The position numbers and the translations under genes are program-made. 64,000 nucleotides of DNA from a virus: positions 1 through 64,000 of the IMG/VR virus record IMGVR_UViG_3300021197_001584, one strand, 5' to 3'. Shown here piece by piece: positions 59,901 through 64,000 of this stretch. The first letter of the stretch is position 1; each line of letters starts with the position of its first letter. The notes beneath the pieces are model-generated. The model made no database searches. It had not been told where the DNA came from and saw only the letters and a program-made list of their open reading frames with translations.

Positions 59901-59906
59901 ACTCAT
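50979..59906 (-). CDS. Giant baseplate/tail protein with LamG domains and nested repeats
   Basis: 2975 aa; LamG (VTVEFWLK..WKHYALSF..MDEFRFW), YKTKGTESSI wedge-like motif and three repeat sets. Confidence 0.7.
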   Translation of the reverse strand: MSIKDLFGKTSPNLEETVQDVESVAFVEEKTKADQVYHPQIDFSDPENFVYYGSAELYYDAAIRRIYEDYPYDGSKSEQIAFEEKASALERWMFETKYPKTTGHVQLGTTAAISGAPSGPWAPTSVNEYIKIWGGLHTDSSAKNLNDHFASSAKYDNDKNRNQNWNCDFEKGVTVEFWLKKDQFNPATEPREVVLDLWNGNPLLPLSDYGRFTISLDAATATTGDFVVTIGDQVFQITSTSIDFTTWKHYALSFIRVSSGIEITVYVNGNEFETFTMSTSITSFVGKMDGFIGALQTQDDNGDGGLGYGKLSAQMDEFRFWKTNRTSRQIKLNWFNAIGGGANTDDATSDLGVYLKFNEGIVGTNAADSVVLDYSGRLANGVWVGYESTTNARSTDSAMESMGYTETPTPIIYKEHSDVKSLISEMKTKGLSYDADRGQSFFRSMPTWLQEEDNGNLRLFAQILGSYMDTLHVQIKELTELKTKRYPMEGVKTSTMAADLLKDKGFMISNMFESNEVYEKLASVNLQDAQFETELHEIKNIIYTNIYNNLEKIYKTKGTESSIRNLIRCYGIDDELIRLNLYTDGGVQYFTDKSRPTSVKKKYVNFNHPESFDASIFQSITSTSSRSFISSAVDASRNAFTLEADIVVPYKKEIDERGYFATPFLSSSVMGFHEAQTDPADLTWGTQNLSVYLVRDSLNSRHAKFVMRDIAGNIEEESDYIYDIYENEHYNVALRIKPQTYPYAGGVTNTTPDYDIELYAVTTNFGEIENEVLLSTTVSNSDGLALMNASKRVYVGAHAQDFTGTVLQETDIQVGGVRAWLDYVENNEILNHNKDVLNYGQSSSIDGSNLYLIDDVQIPSQDLTILNWDFDTVSTSDSIGEFEVEDTTGGHSDTVYGWIDDLIRREHKAKGSNFPLDDTSVVGYEFIQAYKKQLPESAYDAQNIYIKGDQEINFSNDDDVSDNLFIMEKSPSALISEEMLKSFSTTLEFANLVGRPVERFRLEYKDLAKARQLFFDKVESDMDFDKFFEYFKWIDSSISSMVNQLVPMSANFAGGIVDVIEPHLLERDKYQRQVGLLNTITSTEASIRGVQELKYNWRVGHAPLSGDENENCLWQKERKENSVVEEEAIRQVLVRQNDQEFTNPVVLSGSTQLISGSYAARRFSKPYALDIGFSNSIHGGINYSANKDRDMITSQIAVGNASTAGTPENVVIIGAGDGTGTNPKPACIDEHRPEELRKYKYDGFAVLGRHAILSSQEPKSDDDQYAYRQKISKIIPGNIVSSSVNTGYSALINSPAADGGFGEGFDLVNLHSDTTDITNEISIQGPFTHTHIGGRQSRHVHYMEGFDETVGNIPNIADRPESWNIYIAELDATETQEGSGVGDGAIGFTTPDYSVGSLDSDQQKATLYREERAKRPVNIKNIQTNLYQDENGDWHQEGNYGNFIRNYEAMSTFGDQGYFLRRAGDLLPDIIESALPETTNYYTLASQFVTTVGNLFAGPNNRYNDTGYTVPAVQGVAGQTATGGGFTILDIDRVAQGQYITIDSIIYEIETSIQGDVAFPLESTNVAFYNGLKSALEVNFPINTFTVNYVEFLTETLAEVASEPASGGSFRVLGVDDIASGDFITIDLVDYEIGTNSQSGQTIAVPSTNIGFYNNIQSLLVNNFSNDFTIAYNETLTQIQSPQPGQTASGGTFKILGFDDVVSGEFITIDSIDYEIDTSVQGGQTLLTTPTPASNTDFFNSLKTLLVANFPVNDFTVTFTEGDNGGQPPGSAGQALTITGADADIGLEFVGKPSWSPTAPGATSQPFTMSFYINAPVPALNTNSVMTIYSEFWTTGTQQINTASKLLNLTYSTNNGWTLSFSIGYRRDGGQLTIFRHDFHNFLGQYGGHLTHVLITTEGTMNHSTYDINGNIISRNTQTKLYINGVYQNWDAYVDQNLNGGVPEDYYAEADPNFPHLSPEIYKFYIGTYTTSLSNTRGISQPNETTILDEFMIFDAYFGGNQNLIDEIYNNGNQLDYSNLSNLTTYANAKAFYTFSETNDGFTNGDTIHNKVANSENLTVYDNSSDRISTSFSGPPTSAGTIVYHAEFSIVPINDGTYGNFAISVDPNYSSFPSANNEISDSINGADPISAVYSSEAEFTITPNSNGSFGNFNVAIGTGNSFSNPQDSTGGVDFAPAENDSEAQFTIVPLNNGIYGNFDIALLGANNSFINPSNSIDGVDYVASVPSYFVPGITNIIDRQDRSTGSANVIRTRFSAPGGPEINSSGYLDIATQQYSVHNSLNFRNLSVRLNGSGEDGEIRVVSHANHREGLRTLRSRHSAKFGLDPQHATPIVNYPNEEITYNEEPSFHKQHRNTSRFPSEQFSDSGVPTVGIYERRDNDHFHRPMPATDFQYSWIHNALNGDDAPQQDIINTAPKNGLIGTTNGYEEAIKFNGLGVELDDCTQDPIADPFVTWGSTGQFTDDEDFSLFIQENSTTSQTILDFSEIGTLQFSFNNLGCSTVSALQSLVENGQPRSFESSVSLPTLYFNPDNSAIFDYATKRSGYIEDQEVTLVNVSTGEPTLESEINYLQRTTPGGATTVVTRTPNDIIELVPFSSTPGAFEVTIAEANQSYHSFSSQNIQCADAYQGLEVDSVFIGNDSTAPPWNNLLPTLYYSSGVFTQVDSTVYMCSGYFEDTISNSFSNATTTAPTLVSNVTFYDDDGSGGRATSTAESKTTTVVPGSSSPGANQVSEAEANLTTFGYVASSHLADNIDGSLEFELSESDATLNLSQTFGPQATVPSSFSQIYYSSNSSDQVILTLTSRSTGTGLIVEDDSTIIFENATLDNTLLESTVSYPNYGTSGWATRTITSDGSRVNGGVTQTITLKDPSSSTPINSANLITETQANNDLTFSSVATNMPCASSATYQLYTTDEDGVVEDDGIDPTNSRPNVEYSAGDSVSFRVIVEQCTDSAGNPYTDEITLTIQDAALVQVSPP

Positions 59907-61275
59907 TATTTACCACTCTGAATCTATGTTTGAAAGGAAGCTCTTGGTAGCTCTTGGTCATTACATTAAATAGAGCTAATTTGATTTCATAAACATAATT
60001 AGGCTCCAACATACTAATGTCAAGATCGAAAAAGTTTCCATTTGAATCATAGGAAAGAGTAGTTGAGTCGTCGGTCAAGTCGTAGTCAAAGATAATTTCA
60101 TCTGTGACGACTTTTGATATTTTAAATTTGAGGTTGTCATAAACCTTAGAGTCTGGTCTCGACGTTGCCACAGTGTGGATATTTGGAGACCAATCCTTCT
60201 CGCGGATGTAAAAGTAGAAGCGAGATGTTTGATTAGCATAGTGAACGTCTTGGTTGTTCAGAACGGAAACAACAAGGTCGCCAATGCTAGGTATTCCAGA
60301 GGGTGCTTGTGTTGTGACCGTAATTGACCCTGTAACGACTTCCGTGCCGTTGTTGGACCAAACGTCATAGAGAGTGCTAGCAGACGTTGTAGGGTTCACC
60401 ACGGCCTTATAAACACCTGTTGTTCCTGCAGGTGATGTTGCTGTTTCTGTGGCAATAGGTGATCCTCCTAGGGTTTCATATAGAGAAACTGTCACTGGTC
60501 CAGCTAGATTTGTTAGTGCTCCCCTCAACTCATTGTAGAGATAGATGTCGTTTGACTGACCAGACAAAAATGTCTTGCGATGATCTGTTGTTTGAGAATC
60601 CCATCTCGCTTCCAACAAAGGCTTCTTGAAGAAATTGCTTGTTCCTCGAGCATAGAACATCTTTGTGTAGTATGAGCGAGTCTCTGCGGTTGCAGTGCTT
60701 GGGAGTTTAATGATGAGGCCATAGTTACTGGATAGATTATTTAACCAGTCCGACACGAAACTGGTAACATTTATTACCAGATCCTCATAGCCTTCTTCGA
60801 ATTCGGCTATTGATGGTGTCCCTGTAAAGTCTCCACCTTCAGTAGTCCAAGCGTTGCCTGCGCCACTTTCATTCCAGCTTGAACCTTTGTTATATGTGAG
60901 ATCCGTGTAGTTCTCCATGTCCATTCCTGTGCCTTCTTCCCATGAGGTAGTTAGCGCAGACACTTCAAGTTGAAAGTCTCTAGGTAAGGTTCGGCCGTGT
61001 TCGGCGTTAAACAATCTGAGATAAAATTCAGTCTTGCTTAGATCTACAATCTCAGCGTCGATGTCTTCTTGGATTTGTGAGATGTCGAACTCAATAAGAA
61101 TTCTAGCTTCTTCAGTAGAATAAGCATCGTTCTCATCAAGAACTTGACCATAGATCGAGAAAACCTCAAGAATGTCTGATGCTCCCATGTTCGCATCGGT
61201 CCCTCTAATTGCAAGGCTCTCTCGGAAAGCATTGGTGATCGTGTTGTCCTTTGTTGCATAGTAACGTTTAATCAT
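59896..61275 (-). CDS. Tail/baseplate protein with a DNRLRE-like beta-sandwich domain
   Basis: 459 aa; ARILIEFD..WEEGTG..WTTEGGDF..NYGLIIK..KPLLE. Confidence 0.55.
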   Translation of the reverse strand: MIKRYYATKDNTITNAFRESLAIRGTDANMGASDILEVFSIYGQVLDENDAYSTEEARILIEFDISQIQEDIDAEIVDLSKTEFYLRLFNAEHGRTLPRDFQLEVSALTTSWEEGTGMDMENYTDLTYNKGSSWNESGAGNAWTTEGGDFTGTPSIAEFEEGYEDLVINVTSFVSDWLNNLSSNYGLIIKLPSTATAETRSYYTKMFYARGTSNFFKKPLLEARWDSQTTDHRKTFLSGQSNDIYLYNELRGALTNLAGPVTVSLYETLGGSPIATETATSPAGTTGVYKAVVNPTTSASTLYDVWSNNGTEVVTGSITVTTQAPSGIPSIGDLVVSVLNNQDVHYANQTSRFYFYIREKDWSPNIHTVATSRPDSKVYDNLKFKISKVVTDEIIFDYDLTDDSTTLSYDSNGNFFDLDISMLEPNYVYEIKLALFNVMTKSYQELPFKHRFRVVNNEY

Positions 61276-63074
61276 CTGACCAATACTCCTTTGATGTCAG
61301 TCGTTGGAAACTTCAATTCCATAATAACATTCTTTGGTGTCTTAATGAATGTTCCATCTTGAGACATTGCTTCTTTAAAGTTCATTCGCACCATTGAATA
61401 GTTCCCGCCTGTCTTCTGATAGACATTGACTCTTTTGACATCTGCGACTCCGTCGACCTTCGATAGGATTGCATAAAGCCTTGTGATGTAGATCGGTTCT
61501 CCAATGTAAGATTGGTTCGAGAAATAGTCCCTAATTGCGGCGTTGCATCGGGCTAAAATGTTTTCGTTCGAGAACTGTGGGTCTATGGAGACTTTAAAGT
61601 TCACTCCGAAGTTCACAATTTTTGCGTCATAAATATCAATGACATCATTGAGAGACTTATATTGCGATAACCAGTTCTTAATGTTTTGCTTAAGTCTATC
61701 GTTTGCTGTTGCAAGCTTGCCGTCGTTTCCTTCCGATGCGATGTAGATCGCCATTCTACGGTTGGTGGCAGATGGATCATTTACAACACTAGCTCTCTTT
61801 ATGATCCCAAACTTGTTGGGCATGTTGTAAATTAGCGACTCGTAATCTTGACGAGTTACGGCTCGACCTTGAGTTGCATAGTAGCTTTTCGCTCTTTGTT
61901 TTAATTCTTCGTTTGTCATTCTCTCGGCTGAACCAATGATCGGTTCTTCGTTTGTAAGTTCGAGAGAGCTAACAACTGCGTTCTTCTTTGAAGAGATTAA
62001 GTTGATTTCTGATGGAAACTTCATTCGTGCAGTTCCAACGGATGTTATGCTATTTGCGCCGGCACTTGAGAGGTCTGTAGTGTTTGCTTTTGCAATAACG
62101 GTCAAGGTTGTACCAGACGGAGCAATTCCGAGCTTGGTAGTTCCGATGAGTTTTGATGGATCAAATGTTTGAGAAGATATGTAGTTCTTCCCATGCATCT
62201 CTAGAAAGACCTTTGAAGGATCAGCTATTTCTTCAGCCTCAGAATCCTCTGAGCCGAATCCAAACTGTAAGTAGGTCCCAGTGTCGTCCTGCTCTACAAC
62301 AAAGCGTCTGGTGGCAACGAAGGGCTTTAAAATAGACCTTACACCTTCACTTGATGCTTCTCTGTTCGTAGTTTCTTTGAAAACGACTTCTTGAGCTAGA
62401 TTGTCAACTTCATAATATGTGTTGCCATCTGAATCTTTTACAGATAGGACTTCGCTGAAAGTTGCATCTCCAATTCGGATCTTCTTGAATTTCTCGAATG
62501 CTGAATTCGTCAAGTCAACTGTGATTCTCGAGAACACACCAGAGACAATCTGCCCGACAGCCTTGATGGCAAAATGGGTTGTTTGTCCGCTTGAAGAATC
62601 AAATCGGGCTGCAACCATGTCATTAGTCGGTGTGTCAAATGCAACGTCTTCCGTCAACGTGAACACTCCTCCGCCGGATGCTGTAAAAGATGATCCCTTT
62701 TGAAGGATGGGCATGTAATTAAAATCAGGTGCTGTGCCGTCTAGATTCGATGGAACAAGAACGAACAGGGAGACAAACCCATAAGAGTTAGCTGAGCCTG
62801 CGAATTTATAGCCCATTGATCTCGCATGTTTACGGATATTGTTGAACTCAATTGCCGAGTCCATGAACGATTCATTGGCTTGGTAATCTAGATAGTAAGA
62901 AAGAACGTCTCCAACATAGGCAACCGAATCAACTAATAGCGAGTTAATAGTTCCCTTTGTGAAGTCTTTCCATTGTTCTGGATAGAATCTTTTGGCATGC
63001 TCAACGATGTCTGACTTTATCGAATCGAAGTCTCTGCTGGTGTACTTAATGGGTGTTTTCTTTTGTTTTGACAT
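61272..63074 (-). CDS. Baseplate wedge protein (T4 gp6-like)
   Basis: 600 aa; YTSRDFDSIK, AYVGDVLSYYLD..ANE, LQFG, QGRAVTRQDY. Confidence 0.85.
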   Translation of the reverse strand: MSKQKKTPIKYTSRDFDSIKSDIVEHAKRFYPEQWKDFTKGTINSLLVDSVAYVGDVLSYYLDYQANESFMDSAIEFNNIRKHARSMGYKFAGSANSYGFVSLFVLVPSNLDGTAPDFNYMPILQKGSSFTASGGGVFTLTEDVAFDTPTNDMVAARFDSSSGQTTHFAIKAVGQIVSGVFSRITVDLTNSAFEKFKKIRIGDATFSEVLSVKDSDGNTYYEVDNLAQEVVFKETTNREASSEGVRSILKPFVATRRFVVEQDDTGTYLQFGFGSEDSEAEEIADPSKVFLEMHGKNYISSQTFDPSKLIGTTKLGIAPSGTTLTVIAKANTTDLSSAGANSITSVGTARMKFPSEINLISSKKNAVVSSLELTNEEPIIGSAERMTNEELKQRAKSYYATQGRAVTRQDYESLIYNMPNKFGIIKRASVVNDPSATNRRMAIYIASEGNDGKLATANDRLKQNIKNWLSQYKSLNDVIDIYDAKIVNFGVNFKVSIDPQFSNENILARCNAAIRDYFSNQSYIGEPIYITRLYAILSKVDGVADVKRVNVYQKTGGNYSMVRMNFKEAMSQDGTFIKTPKNVIMELKFPTTDIKGVLVR

Positions 63075-63108
63075 TTAATGGTCCCTCACAAAGACTAAAT
63101 AGTTTGAC

Positions 63109-63537
63109 TTAAATAACTTCCAATTCAAAAACTTCTGGAATTGTGAGTTCATTATAGAAGAATTCGATGCGAATTCTCATCATTGAGTTAATAGGTTCCA
63201 ATGTAACCGATAGATTCGTGATTGTCATGTAGGGCATGTAGGTTTCTGCTTGGGAACGGATTTGGGACTCAAGGCCGCCTGTGTCGACTTCTTGTTCTTG
63301 CAAGAACAAATAGTCTTGCAAGCCGATGCCATAGTTGGCATCCATAACATATTCTCCAGGCCTAGTCAACAGAAGCATTTTTAGATTCTGCTTGATGGCA
63401 TCTGTTTGTGTCCAGTCTGGGTAAGATGCTGCTCCGAACGATGTAGAAGAAACGGCGTATTGACCTGTGATTCCGAGTTTGGGATTCGGCACAACTGGTG
63501 CACCGAGCTCAATGGGAAAAATAATTGAAATTGGCAT
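63109..63537 (-). CDS. Baseplate wedge / sheath initiator (gp25-like)
   Basis: IKQNLKMLLLTRPGEYVMDANYGIGL.YLF. Confidence 0.85.
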   Translation of the reverse strand: MPISIIFPIELGAPVVPNPKLGITGQYAVSSTSFGAASYPDWTQTDAIKQNLKMLLLTRPGEYVMDANYGIGLQDYLFLQEQEVDTGGLESQIRSQAETYMPYMTITNLSVTLEPINSMMRIRIEFFYNELTIPEVFELEVI

Positions 63538-63540
63538 AAT

Positions 63541-64000
63541 TTAATCCTTAAAAAGTTTTTGAAAATCATTCAGGCAATCGTCGCCATCTTCACCGAAAGG
63601 TTTGACGCTTACGACCCTGACTGATTGCCACCAACGGACGCTACCGTCTAGTCCTATATAAGAGTCTGGTAGTAAATTACTCAACCATCTCGCATCAAAT
63701 TGTCGCTTCTCTTGTCTACCGCCTTCATATTCATCGTCATCAGATCGATAAGTAGACCTGAATTGTCTCTTAAGTGTTGTCTTGACTTTGTCAAAAACCT
63801 TTCTTTTCCACTTACCTTTGATTTTTCTTCTTCGAGTTGGGTCCACTTCGTTATCACCAAGGCCAATTGATTCAAAGAAATTGTAGTAAGAGTAGATCCC
63901 AAACAACGATGTGAATGTTGTGGTTTTAATAATCGTTTCGAATATAAACTTGAAGTCGTCCGTCTCCACTAGTTTGTCAACATAGCACTTGAGATCTTCG
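63541..64000 (-). CDS. C-terminal part of a hypothetical protein entering from beyond the window
   Basis: The frame is open to the window edge; only the stop at 63541 is reliable. Confidence 0.5.
   Translation of the reverse strand, partial: EDLKCYVDKLVETDDFKFIFETIIKTTTFTSLFGIYSYYNFFESIGLGDNEVDPTRRRKIKGKWKRKVFDKVKTTLKRQFRSTYRSDDDEYEGGRQEKRQFDARWLSNLLPDSYIGLDGSVRWWQSVRVVSVKPFGEDGDDCLNDFQKLFKD

Noticed and set aside
94-63902. Other plus-strand and nested ORFs in the track
   Set aside because: They lie opposite or within well-supported minus-strand genes and show no recognisable motifs.
1-64000. Alternative genetic code (stop-codon reassignment)
   Set aside because: Core genes are intact in the standard code, and TAA, TAG and TGA all terminate genes.
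1-64000. CRISPR array, introns/inteins, integrase or transposase
   Set aside because: No repeat-spacer pattern was seen; terminase, portal, primase and MCP are uninterrupted; no recombinase motifs were recognised.

Overview
A 64-kb segment of a large T4-like (myovirus-type) dsDNA phage genome in the standard genetic code, with essentially every gene on the minus strand. In transcription order (right to left) it carries five blocks. (1) Baseplate/tail: gp25-like, gp6-like, a 2975-aa LamG-bearing giant and several large structural proteins. (2) A replication/recombination island driven by repeated sigma70-type promoters: RuvC-like resolvase, HIGH nucleotidyltransferase, primase, Pol-beta-like nucleotidyltransferase, tRNA-Ala(TGC), Smr protein, lipoprotein and a fused SbcD-SbcC. 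(3) A probable holin/spanin-like cassette. (4) Head genes: large terminase, portal, prohead protease, ribosomal protein bS21, a fibre/decoration cluster, scaffold and major capsid protein. (5) Neck and tail-completion genes and the 5' end of the tail sheath gene. The most notable unexplained patterns are: a shared N-terminal leader (MKLTKxTLKxIIKEEL) on unrelated proteins; three adjacent 'bare' vs 'LamG-armed' paralog pairs around the capsid gene; a nested A1A2A3-LamG-BBB stalk in the giant tail protein; an unannotated 19-aa RRCC peptide next to a CxxC membrane protein; a perfect antisense sigma70 promoter facing the late tail operon; and an ACTATTTA putative late-promoter motif. All calls come from motif recognition and synteny by eye; no database searches were run.
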